Positions 38,098-49,366 of a DNA stretch of 64,000 nt are shown piece by piece. A program made the translations under genes and the position numbers. The stretch is from Selaginella moellendorffii (Eukaryota; Plantae; Lycopodiophyta). The notes beneath the pieces were generated by a model. It was not told the origin of the DNA. It ran no database searches and was given only the letters and a program-made list of their open reading frames with translations. Every line of letters starts with the position of its first letter. Position 1 is the first letter of the stretch. The stretch covers positions 1,125,410 to 1,189,409 of the forward strand of contig NW_003314265.1 of NCBI RefSeq assembly GCF_000143415.4, in the 5' to 3' direction.

Positions 38098-40079
38098 TAT
38101 GAAGTTCTTCCACATTCCAAGCACGGGCTGTATTGTTAGTAAAATAATATACAAAAGTGAAAAATTATTATTTTTATTCATATAAAATTTAAAGACAGTC
38201 AATCATAATTCATTATACACTGTTATAAATTTTATATACATAACGTTTTGTAAATGTTATAGTTAAAATTTAAATCTTTTTAATACTTAATTTCCTTTTA
38301 TAATTAAAAGGTATAAAACACTTTTTATGAAAAATATACTAATCTAGCATTAAAAATATAAATTTAGATTGGATTTATCTGGGCTAGTGATTTATTTAAT
38401 TGTCTTTTGCATCTTGACACTTGATTGTGAAAATTTTGATGAATTACACTATTACTCACACTGATATTTATAAAATAAATTTTTAGTTTATGTGAGTGCT
38501 TGGAATATGGAAAGGGAATACAAAAATGTGCATCTCCATTAGCCCAAAAACCCTAGTTTATATACAGGAGCGACTGGTTCAGATTGAAACCAATCCGACA
38601 GCTACCAAAATCCCACTACGCTAATATTAGTATACGGCATCGTAACCGTACACTTGGCTCTCACATTTATATTAAAACTAAAAACTAAAGATGGATTATA
38701 ATTATTTATTATGTACTTTTTATAAAGCACATTAAAATTTAATAGTGGTGTATGATAACAAGTGAAATAAAATTTGTTATCCACTATAAGATACTAAAAA
38801 CGTTATGTCTTTTAGAAAATAAAATAATATTTACAAAATGAATGGAGTTTTTATTTTAAAAATAAATCTATGTGGATTAAATTTTTTAATATGGTTCAAA
38901 TTTTAGTTTCAAATTTTGGTTTTAGTATAAATTTAATTTGCATATTTCATGCTAATACAATATTAAGGGTTTTATAATATATGTTTTTGCGATGCAGTTG
39001 GAGAGATAGAAATGTTGATCATGCCGCCTGACCTTCACAACCTTTGCAAAGAATAATTGTGAAAATGTATCCAAAACAATTTATTATATTACATTATCAA
39101 AATATGGTATGATGTTTATTTATTGTAAAATATATTATAATGTTGTTGTTGTTTGTTATAAGAAACTTAATATTGAAAATTTAATATTTGCATTAGTGAA
39201 GGATGAAATGCGAATAAAAAAACTATGGTTTTAAAATGCAATTGATTATTAAAAGTTTTAAAAGCTAAAGAATTAATTATTATTTTTAAAAAAAACACAT
39301 GAGAAAAAATAAAGACAAGGAAGTACAACTCTAGATGCATAAAATTTTTTATCAAAAGCATTAAAAAGAAAATGTTTTTAGAAAAATAATGGTTTACTGT
39401 CCAATAATATATTTGGAAAAATATTTTGTGTATTAACCACAATATCTAAATATAAAATAAATTTTGGAATATTATTCATTAAACTCTGAATGAGTTTCAT
39501 ATAGTATTTAAAAATAATTATATGGCTTAATTATTAAAATTATTTAATATATATTACATGTTTTACAAATCAAAGTGTTCTGGTTAAAAAAAGTGGACTC
39601 AAAAATTTATAAAAAAAACAGAAAACAGAAAATAAAAGATTGTTAAAATTTTAGAAGTAATAAAATACAAATTTATTGGAAAATTTTGTAGTGCTTATTG
39701 TATGAAATATTTATTCATTAATATGGCACATTTGTACCTTCTCCCTAAATTTATACTTATTAGGAGAAGCTTTAATCTTCTTTATTATCCAGGCACTAAA
39801 ACTTTATATTCAAGGTTTTAATATTGCTATGTTGATTTATTTATTGTCATGAACTTTTAAATAAATTTGGACTCCTTTTTGGTTTTTATTTTTATTTGGT
39901 AGTAAATTCTAGAGATAGTTTGTAATTGTGCATTTTGGAGATCATGTCATGAAATTTATCAAGTCTTATTATTTATTTAAAACTTGTATCACTTAAATAT
40001 AACCATCTTTATGATTCCTTCTATCCTAGGGTCATAAATCTTTTTCAAATTTGGTAATTTATGTATTATATACAAAGTG

Positions 40080-41090
40080 GAATTTAAACCCTTTATGTGC
40101 CACATGTTACATACCACATGTCCAAGGATAGTAAAGTGGAACCCAAGTTTTAAAGAGCCATAAGCCACTAAATGAAAGAATTAAATTAAACTTGCATTAA
40201 GCCAAAGAGTGATAGAATGACTCATCTAGAGCACAAAGTAACTTATAATCATTTAGCCCAAGGAGTGAAGGGACAATAAAGAACAATATTGGAACAGTCC
40301 AACATCTCAATGCAAAGACCAATATACAAAACAAAGCCAAATGGAGTTTGGTATTGTTTCAACATACCGTTGGTTTAACATAAGGATATAGGTATTTATT
40401 AGTTAACATGACATGAAACTTGGGCTTAGACCTAAGCTAGACATAGAACAAAGACAAATACGCAAGTAGGAGCTAAACTATGCATTAAATTAATCAATTA
40501 TGCTCAACATACCCACTATCCTTATTATATATTTGGAACAAGGAATGAATACTTTGAGCTTTCACCCTTAGTATCAAGAGTTAAATCTCTGGGACAAATT
40601 TGAAACTTACTAAATATGGAATAATGTTAAAGTATTAATTTGGATATAAGATCAACACTATTGTGTTCAAAATAATCTCTACATTTTATAGATGTTCTAA
40701 ATTAGCAAATCTAAACATTTTTCATAAATAGTTAATAGAACCAAATGAAACTAGCATATAGGGCATGATGGTGGGAGTGTTTTAGCTAGAAGCTATCATT
40801 TAGCAAATATTGAAAGACTAAGCTCAATATTATGAGAGTTTTTAACATTAGCAAATGCAAATCAACAATATAAATTTTTCATCACCACGTCAAATATGTT
40901 TGACTAAATGACAACTTAAAATTTCCTTTCTTAGTGCTCTTTTAGTCTAAGTGCGCATATGATTATTAATTTCTCAACTAACTTAGATGGAGATTGATAA
41001 AGGATTCAACAATACCAAGCAATAAAAAAAGAATATCCAAAAGGACTTGCTAACAAATAACTTTTGATACCTATAGTCATATTCATGACA
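40080..41090 (-). repeat. Old dispersed repeat family, copy 3 (inverted)
   Basis: Reverse-complement similarity to 6770-7460 within an AT-rich intergenic tract. Confidence 0.55.
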
Positions 41091-41256
41091 ATAATACTTT
41101 ATCTCATATTTATGTAATACTTATTGATATAATAATATTTAAAAATACCTTAATAGAAGTTAAATTTACTCAACTTTGATTTCTTCTTTAAAAAACTTTG
41201 AAAAAATCATTTAAAATTCTTAAGTATATTTGATTTCTTTTATCTTTTATTCACAG

Positions 41257-41262
<6 letters not shown>

Positions 41263-41290
<28 letters not shown>
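41263..41290. repeat. (AG)n microsatellite
   Basis: About 14 AG units. Confidence 0.95.
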
Positions 41291-41295
<5 letters not shown>

Positions 41296-41550
41296 ATTAT
41301 CAGTAAATAGGAAAGAATGAATCACTAAAGTAAAAAATTACTAATTACTAATTACTTTAATCCAAATAAAAGGAAAATAGCTTTTTGCCGAATCAAATGT
41401 GTTGTCACCTTTAATGAAAGCTAAGTAAGAGCATCTCTTTTCCAGCCCAATCGCATTGTCGGATCCTCACCGCTCTGGGCGTGCTCTGCTCGTCCAAAGC
41501 GAAGCCGGGGTAAAGGAGTTGTAAGATCATGTCATCGTGTCCAAAAGCTC

Positions 41551-42804
41551 TCAGCACACATTGCAAGGAGGCGAGCCCGCTTGATCATCTCTACTAGACT
41601 GCTGCAATCGCTTCCTGGCAGCTGCGATGGCCGCCTTGACACCGGCATGATCCGACTTCTTGATCACCTTGCTCGCAGAGGCATCCTCCTCAACCCCTCC
41701 AATCTCCTCCAGCGAACAGCAGGCATCTAGAGCGATCAAAATCGTCTCCCGGCTCCTCCTCGATTTCTCCATCTTCTCGTACACCCCCATCGCCATATCC
41801 CTTCTTCCAGCGTCTACATAGCTCTTGATCATCACGTTCCAGGCCTCGGCACTCTTCTTCTCTAGATTCACAAACAGCTTTCTTGCCATCTCCAAATCCC
41901 CACACTGGGCGTAGAACGCAAAGATCGCCGTCCGGAGCTTTAGATCCGCGCGGACCTCGCTCGAGACCAAGCACGCGTGGATGACACGCCCCTCGGCCAG
42001 CGCCCGCGCCCTCGCACAGCAATCAAACATCACAACCAGGAGCTCCGAGTCGGCCTCCAGATCCATGTTCTTGTACGCCTCGAGCGCGCGCTTGTGATCA
42101 CCATTCTCGACGTAGCACCGGATCATGGCCGCCCAGGCGCTCACGCCGCGCTTCTTCCTCTCCAGGCTCTCGAACACCTGGAGCGCTAGATCCACGGCGC
42201 CGCACTGGCTGTACATCTCGATCAGGAGCTCGGCCAGGAACGGGTTCCTCGCGAATCCCTCCGCGACGAGCTGGTTGTGGACCTTGATGCCCTGCTCCAG
42301 CGCGCGGTGCTGGGCGCAGTGGCGCAGCAGCGCGGCGTAGCCCGGCGGGGAATCCACCTGGTTGGCCTCGGATCGCAGGAGCTCGAGCGTGTAGTCGACG
42401 TTGCCCGCGCGCGCGAGCGCCGCGATGAACTCCTGGCGCTTGCCGATGTGGACGCTGGCGCGCTCCTTGAGCGCCTGGCGCGCGACGTCGCGCCACCATC
42501 GCCAGTCCACCGTGTCGGAGCGGAAATCGTTGGAGAGCCAGACCAGGTAGTCCGTGGGCAGCGCGCCCAGCGGCGTCCCGACGTGGATGCCGAAGTTGAT
42601 GGGCGTCCGGCAGGTGCCATCGACGAGGAAGTCGAGGAACTCCTTGGACAGCTCGCGCGGCCTCTTCATGTCCTCGAAGACGAAGGGGTTCCAGACGCCG
42701 GCGGGGAGCTCGCCCCTCCGCCAGCGCACCCAGATCGATCGGTACTTACTTGCCGACGCCGCCCACAAGAATGCGGGGCTCCTCGGCCGCGAGCACAGCG
42801 CCAT
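41551..42804 (-). CDS. PPR protein with an N-terminal DUF3820-like domain
   Basis: ATG at 42804. TPINFGIHVGTPLGALPTDYLVWL precedes about 6 PLS-type motifs (YAALLRHC, LIEMYSQCG, AWAAMI, FYAQCGDLEMA, AWNVMI). No E or DYW domain. Confidence 0.8.
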   Translation of the reverse strand: MALCSRPRSPAFLWAASASKYRSIWVRWRRGELPAGVWNPFVFEDMKRPRELSKEFLDFLVDGTCRTPINFGIHVGTPLGALPTDYLVWLSNDFRSDTVDWRWWRDVARQALKERASVHIGKRQEFIAALARAGNVDYTLELLRSEANQVDSPPGYAALLRHCAQHRALEQGIKVHNQLVAEGFARNPFLAELLIEMYSQCGAVDLALQVFESLERKKRGVSAWAAMIRCYVENGDHKRALEAYKNMDLEADSELLVVMFDCCARARALAEGRVIHACLVSSEVRADLKLRTAIFAFYAQCGDLEMARKLFVNLEKKSAEAWNVMIKSYVDAGRRDMAMGVYEKMEKSRRSRETILIALDACCSLEEIGGVEEDASASKVIKKSDHAGVKAAIAAARKRLQQSSRDDQAGSPPCNVC

Positions 42805-43635
42805 CGCTACCCACGCAAGAACCCTAGACAAGCCCTACATTTGAAAAGCCCTAAACCCAGAGCGCGCAAAGATTAACACTTACCGAATATACCATTTTTA
42901 AATTCAAAGTTGCTATGAATGATAATGGAACGAAATGCTTTCTCGTTCTTCTGGTGGTCTCGATTCATGGCAGCGGTAGCCCAGATCCCTTCGAATCTGC
43001 GCAACTCGCGCGTCTTCGTGATCCCTGCAATTGTCGATTCGTGTGCCTTTCGCACTGGCAATCCATACTTATACTTGCCCGAGCTGGCAAGGGATTTGGC
43101 AGCGGACGATCGCTGCTCGTTTTCACGGTCAGCAAGGCCTCGCTGGGAACTTGTCGCAGAGCGGATGTGCGTAGAGAGTCCACTTTGTTCCAAGATCATG
43201 TCTCTCTTTGTTCTTCAAATGTACTACTACTCAAAGAGATTGCTAATCACGCTAGAATGACAATCCTAGAGCTCGGGCTTGACGGTTGCCTTTTCTTCTT
43301 TACGAGCTAATTTGCCGGCTAAAACACCCGACACTCCCATCCAACGGCCAATCGACCCCAAAAAGCGGTTGTTGCAAGAACCTGTCTTTAAAATTTACAA
43401 AACACAAGAATAAATCGGGCTCTTTTTCCTTGATTTGAGACCAATCACAATTCTACGTGCTTCACATCATCCGTCTTCGAATTCATGATCAGTGTGCTTT
43501 CGTTTAGCGCAACCGGCTCATACGGGTTGAACAACGTCCGCGGAGACGATTCACGAGCATCTGATGCAAACACAGCGACATCCACCACCATCTCTTGCAT
43601 GTGTGATTTCCAAGTTGGAAGTACCTTGGATGTAA

Positions 43636-45414
43636 TCAACCAGGTTGCAAGGTGTTGGCCATGAGAACAAACGAAGCGGCGTTGTGCGGATCGAGCTTGG
43701 CAATGTTCTCCATAGCTCGAGCTCCACACTCGGCATTGTTGTGGATCCGGCAGGCACCCAGCAGTGTTTTCCACACCACCACATCCGCCGGAACTGGCAT
43801 GCTTTGCAGCAGCTGCTCCGCCTCGGAAAGCCTCCCGACTCGTCCAAAAGCATCGATCAAGCACGAGTAGTGCCGCGACGTTGGCAGGCTTCCATAGTCG
43901 CAAGCTGTGGAGAAAAACTGGTTCCATCCTTGTTCGATCATCCCAAGCCGGCTACACGCTGTTAGAACAATCGCAAAGGTAATCATCTGTGGCCTTGTCC
44001 CCTGGAGATTCAAGCGATGAAACAACGAGAGAACCTCTAGAGGGCGATTGTTCTTGGCGTAAGTGGCCATTGTCGTGTTCCAGGAAACCATGTCTTTCAC
44101 AGGGATCTCGCTCAAGAGCCTCTCGGCCTTGAGCAAATCTCCTCGATCGCCATAAGCCGCCGCTAGAGCGTTCCAGGAGGCCGAGTTCTTCTCGGGCATG
44201 AAGAAAATTATTCTTTGCGCTTCGGCCAGGTGACCAGTCACAATGTGGCACGTACACACCGCCGTCCATGTCAGCACGTCCTTTTGAGGGATATACCTTA
44301 GCAGGAATAGCACCTCTTCCAGATGCCCCTTGTGGGCATATGCGGTGAGCATTGTGTTCCAGGATACGAGATTCCTGTACGGCATTGTGTCGAACAGGAC
44401 CCGAGATTCTTCTAGATGCCCGTACAGGCCATACGACGCGATCATGCAATTGTACGACACGACGTTCCTCTGTGGCATGGAGTTGAAGAGGCGTCTAGAT
44501 TCTTCAAGATTCCTGTCCTGGGCAAAGGCATAGATTATTGTGTTAAAAGAGATGACGTCTCTGAAAACCATTCTATCAAAGAGATTTTTTGCCCGCTCCA
44601 AAAGCCCACACTCTGCGTACAAAGATACCATTGCGTTCCACGACACAAGGCTCTCCTCCGGCATCTCGAGAAAGATTCGCTCTGCCTCCTCAAGATTCCC
44701 ATAGTCAGCATATCCCTGGAGCATCGTGTTCCATGTCACCACGTTCCTCTCCGGCATCGCGTTAAAAACCCGTCGTGATTCGTCCACGTGTCCTACCCGC
44801 GCATACGCCGTCACCATGGCAGTCCAGCTCACCACGTTCTTAACCGGCATCTCCTCAAAGAGAACCTTTGCCTCGAAAAGATGCCCGTTTTCGGCATATG
44901 CCTGGATCATGGTGTTGTAAGAGACAACATTCTTCTCGTCCATGGAATCAAACATTGACTTTGCCTCCTCCAAAAAATCCATCTCTGCATACCCATCGAT
45001 CATCGTGTTACAAGATATGAGATCTCTCTCTGCGGCCAATTCGTAAATCCTCCTCGCCTCCTCCAAATCCCCGTTGCGGGCATACGCCGCCATCAACGAG
45101 TTCCACGACACGACGTCCCAGCCGGGCATTCCATCAAAAATCTCTCTCGCTTTCTCCACCTCCCCATTCTCCGAGAGTGCCTGGAGGAGCGTGTTCCAGG
45201 AGATGAGGTTGGGCTTTCTGATCTGGCCGAAAATCTTCAGCGCGTCTTCAAGGCTGCCGCATCGCCCATACATTTGCAATGCGAGATTGGAGAGGTAACG
45301 ATCGAGCTCGTATTTCGATGCCACGATGGAGGCATGGACACTCCTGGCCTGGGAGAGATCCTTGGCATCGCGGCAAGACCTCAAAAGTTCGGCGATTTGG
45401 TCCCTAACAGCCAT
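43636..45414 (-). CDS. PLS-class PPR protein with a long run of 31-aa S-type repeats and a truncated E domain, no DYW
   Basis: Intronless 592 aa with repeated VVSWN.M...YA..G....A...F..MP. It ends WKTLLGACRIH...FVLMAN. Confidence 0.95.
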   Translation of the reverse strand: MAVRDQIAELLRSCRDAKDLSQARSVHASIVASKYELDRYLSNLALQMYGRCGSLEDALKIFGQIRKPNLISWNTLLQALSENGEVEKAREIFDGMPGWDVVSWNSLMAAYARNGDLEEARRIYELAAERDLISCNTMIDGYAEMDFLEEAKSMFDSMDEKNVVSYNTMIQAYAENGHLFEAKVLFEEMPVKNVVSWTAMVTAYARVGHVDESRRVFNAMPERNVVTWNTMLQGYADYGNLEEAERIFLEMPEESLVSWNAMVSLYAECGLLERAKNLFDRMVFRDVISFNTIIYAFAQDRNLEESRRLFNSMPQRNVVSYNCMIASYGLYGHLEESRVLFDTMPYRNLVSWNTMLTAYAHKGHLEEVLFLLRYIPQKDVLTWTAVCTCHIVTGHLAEAQRIIFFMPEKNSASWNALAAAYGDRGDLLKAERLLSEIPVKDMVSWNTTMATYAKNNRPLEVLSLFHRLNLQGTRPQMITFAIVLTACSRLGMIEQGWNQFFSTACDYGSLPTSRHYSCLIDAFGRVGRLSEAEQLLQSMPVPADVVVWKTLLGACRIHNNAECGARAMENIAKLDPHNAASFVLMANTLQPG

Positions 45415-46360
45415 TCAGCTGAATCCAAGCCCTAACGAATTCAGTTGTCCGTACAACTCGGGGCATCACCGCGCAGAATTTGAGGAGGCGATTGAACTGC
45501 TCGTGGCTGCAGGAAAAGGAGTTGGCAAACTACATTGAATCACAGGTGGGGGCCGATTAAAACCCCGCTTCTTCATGTTCTTGGATGGATTTCTTATTTA
45601 GCTTTCCTGCTACTAGTGATTTGTTTTTAGTTGGTTTGGTTGCGATCTCTACCATCTTTTTCGTTCTTTTTCTTGTTTTCATTTTTGTAGTTTTTTGTTC
45701 GTTTGGGAATTGGAGTCTATTTCCTCCATTCAAAGATGGAATTATGAATGTATCCTTCGATTTTTTATTTTTTTTGTCACACACTGTCAAAACTAAGCAA
45801 GAAATCCATCCAATCGTTGTTTTAGCGAGGCTTCAATCTTTCTCCATCCTCTTGACAATGCAGGGGCCCTAGCTCCATTCTCAATTCTACCATTGGTAAT
45901 GCGTTTCTCAAATGAGGTAGCTTAGTTACAAGCACTACCTATCATGAGTTTTTCTCGGCAATCTCGAAATGTTTTCGCAATTTAGACAGGGTGTTTTGCT
46001 TACGACTTGATCATGAGCACCAGGGCTCTGGGACGACGCAGTGCCACTTCGATATTCAAGGGCGCCCATCCCTGAGAACACTTGGTTGGTTGAACTCCCT
46101 CTCTCTGTCTGTGAGCTATTCTAGCAATGAAAAATGAAAAACAAAATTTGCAAAATATTAAATCCTTTGGAATCCTGAGTTGTAGACATTGCAAGAACAA
46201 TAAAGTTCTTTATTTTTTAATTCACAATACCATCCATTAATCATCCCTGTGCGTGAATTATTGATGCTTATTGTTTAATACATTAAATTATTCATAATTT
46301 CTTTTTACAAAATAGGGCAATAAAATTTTACTCGCAATTAAAAAATTAAACATTAAGAAG

Positions 46361-46426
46361 GGAGATGTAGTGGTTATAACCAGTGCAAGAGCTCACTTTA
46401 CCCGGGTTCAATTCCCGGCATCTCCA
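46361..46426 (+). ncRNA. 66-nt tRNA-like element (novel Pol III RNA or pseudo-tRNA)
   Basis: Perfect acceptor stem GGAGATG/CATCTCC plus A, and perfect T arm CCGGG-TTCAATT-CCCGG. D and anticodon arms are shrunken. TTTT lies downstream and the upstream DNA is AT-rich. Confidence 0.7.
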
Positions 46427-46536
46427 AAATCTATTTTGCTAAAAAGTAGGGCAGAAAATATTGCTAACAAAAAAGAACCTTTTTTGTTAAAACCTTGATG
46501 TTATTCACATTGATTTACAAGGATTCGGAGATGAGC

Positions 46537-49094
46537 TTACGAGGTGAGAATATCAGGAAAATAGTCGGATCTTCCACCGAGTATCCGGCCCTTCATGTCT
46601 GGAAAGGAGGAGAATCCCGGGAGCTCACTAACGGTGCCATCTTTCGCCACAGTGATCGGGTATGCCAAGAGATGGCCCGGAAGATCCACCTCGGGCTCCC
46701 CCGCGTAGAGCTGCCAGTAGTAGTCCCCCATGCTGTTCATCTTTCTCATGCACTGGACGCTGCTGGGGGCCAGGAAATCGTTGTCAAGCACACCCGTGTG
46801 CTCGTACCACAGCGACATTCTAAAGCCGTGGACTTGGCCCCGCGGTGGCTGCGCCAGGCAAGTGTGGTATGGCTGGTAAGCTCCCATGGCGATCTCCGTG
46901 TCGCGGCCGCCATCCATGGAGCGCTGGTTTATATTCGCCGATCCAACTATGATGTATTCATCGTCCACTGCGCAAGAGATCTTCTCGTAAGTTCGCTAGA
47001 AAACTTTGAAACGAGGCAGGCTGGCTTACCGATCATCATCTTGGAGTGGACGTAGACCATGAAGCGGCGATGGTCCTGCGCGAGCTTGTAGCTGGAGCCC
47101 GGCTCGGGAGACTCCACAGGCAAGTAGTCGCCGGGAGCTCGCCTCTCCCGGTTCCCCAGGCAGTAGAAGGAGAGGTAGTCTCGCAGATCCACGTCGACGA
47201 GCTGCTTGGCGAAGAGTGCCGGAGCGATGGTCCTGTACATCATCTCCATGGTCCTCACCATCATCTCCAGGATCGCCATCACCTGGGGGCTGTCGGGGAC
47301 TCCCTCGGGCCACATTGGAATGACGATGTAGACCCGGAAAGGCTGGCCGGCTTGGATCTTGCTCACGATCTTGAGCGCTATCTCGCGGGGAACCAAGTGG
47401 TGAGCTCCAGCGTTTTGGTGCGACTCCCACGCGAAAGAGCTTCCCAGGAAGTATTGGTTCTCGATGTAGATGAAGTCCTTGGCTCGCCGGATAGCCGCGA
47501 TGAAAGCGTCGTGGACGCTCCTGTCGATGATGTTGTCCTTGCCGCTCACCAGTCCCATTGCTCCCGCTGCTGCTGGATCCTGCGGGAAGCCAGCCACCGC
47601 CGCCGCGTCGATCGACCGGAAGAGTTGTACGTTCCAAGTGTTCCAGTCTTCTCCTGGACAAGCCGGGGCGGTCGGGGGAACGATGGATCTCATCTGCGCC
47701 AGCTCGAGCAGCCAGTTCGCGTCCTTGCTCGCCTGCTTTCTCCACCGCTGCTCGAAGTTGTGGAGCACGTCCCAGGCGGCCGGGCCTTCTATCCGCGCGT
47801 GGATGTCGTGCCACGGCTCTCTCGGCCCGCCGAACTTGCGACACGCCCTGGGAAAGCTCGTCTGCCGAAAGTCGTCCTTGTGCTCGGCATTGAGCGTGTG
47901 GAAGACCGAGTGATGCTGGTTGTCATATCTTCCCGCAGCGAGGTCCAGACCACCCACGAAACTTGTGATGGCCCTCATATGGCTTCCGGGTGCCGGGACA
48001 TCAACCGTCAGCGTCTTCTGGTGGTGTGTAAACATGGCACCGATCTGGAAGCCTTGGACGATGCTGAGACCACTGTCCGGATTCCTGGGACACAGCCGGC
48101 ACTTGACTTTGGTGTTCTTGAAATAATTGAAAGTCTCCTCGTCGTGAGTGTTCATCACGCCCTCCGTCTTGACGACGCTGAGAGAGGTCCGGTCATCCCA
48201 GACGAGGAGTAAAACTCGGACTCCCTCCTCGGCTTTCCTCCGCAGGAGCTGGCCCAGCGTCTGTGCCTCGGCTCCCAGCGAAGCTCTTGCGGGGTCTCGG
48301 ATCATCGTGATCTCGGTGAAAACCGACCACCCTGTGATGTAGATCAAATGCTTGGCGTTGGAAATGGCGTGGAACATATCCTCCCAGCACCGAGTCGGCT
48401 GATAGAGCTGATCTCCCGCGAGAAAAATCGGTGGCAGGAAGTTGTCACTCATGTGAGCGTCCTGGTAGAGCGTGACTCTGCATCCGCGCTGCTGCTTGAA
48501 GTACGTGAAAGGCACCCCCGGGAAGCGAAAGCCATCGCGGACGCCATAGCCAAAGTTTGGATCCTTGGTCACGTCGAAGAACTGGAGGCGTACGCGGACC
48601 TTGGCGCTCTTGATGGGCTTGCCGTCCTCCCGGCAGAGATCCAGCCAGTTCTCGAGCGGCTGGCCCGAGAGGAGATTGAGAACCGAGACTTTGGCCCGGC
48701 CCAGCACCGTGGCTCCGATCCGGAGGTCGGCCTTGACGCTGATGATCGTGTGAGCAACGTTGTGCGCGCAGTAGATGTGGAAGGACTCGTTCCACACCGG
48801 GCTTTTTGGCGAGAAATCCACCACTCGCGTTCTTCCCACCCGGGTCTTGTCGAGGTCCACAGTGGCATACATTCGATTTGAGCCTCTCCCGAGGCCGACC
48901 ACGTCCTCCACGCCCTCCACGATCTGCGAGACGAATCCATGGACGAGTAAGCTCTAAGCGATGGAAAAATGGAGAAATAAATCTACCATTCGCAAGAACT
49001 CGGGCGCTGCGCCAGTGACTCGCGTCTGATCGGTGATTCCCACGGCCTCGAAGACCGTCGCATGGAGAATTCCATGCATCAGGAAGGACGCCAT
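46537..49094 (-). CDS. PLD: Phospholipase D alpha-type (C2-PLD)
   Basis: Exons 49094-48987, 48923-47030 and 46967-46537. C2 domain, [45 protein letters not shown]. Confidence 0.97.
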
Positions 49095-49366
49095 TGCTGC
49101 GCCGGCGATAGATGACAGCCCAAAACCCTTGCTCCTGTCCTCCGCGCGAATTGGAAGCTGGATCGCGGCTCCCCTGGGCAGCACTCACCGTGACGGATTC
49201 GTCGCCGGAGTGGTCAGAGACGCGTTGATCCGCAGCGCCAGCGGCTCGACGCGCAGGAATGCATCACACGACGCCATCTGGGTCAAGAAATACAACTAGG
49301 GCTAGGGCTCTTAACTTTTCAAACTTACGCGCGAAAAACCATTTAAAAAACTAAGAAGCCCAAGCT

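Noticed and set aside
42915-43310. ORFs divergent from the fused PPR gene
   Set aside because: No recognisable domain or splice pattern; cannot distinguish from chance.
47026-48881. Long antisense and alternate-frame ORFs over PLD (and similarly over the PPR genes and ncARF)
   Set aside because: Expected shadow ORFs of GC-rich coding sequence, with no recognisable motifs.
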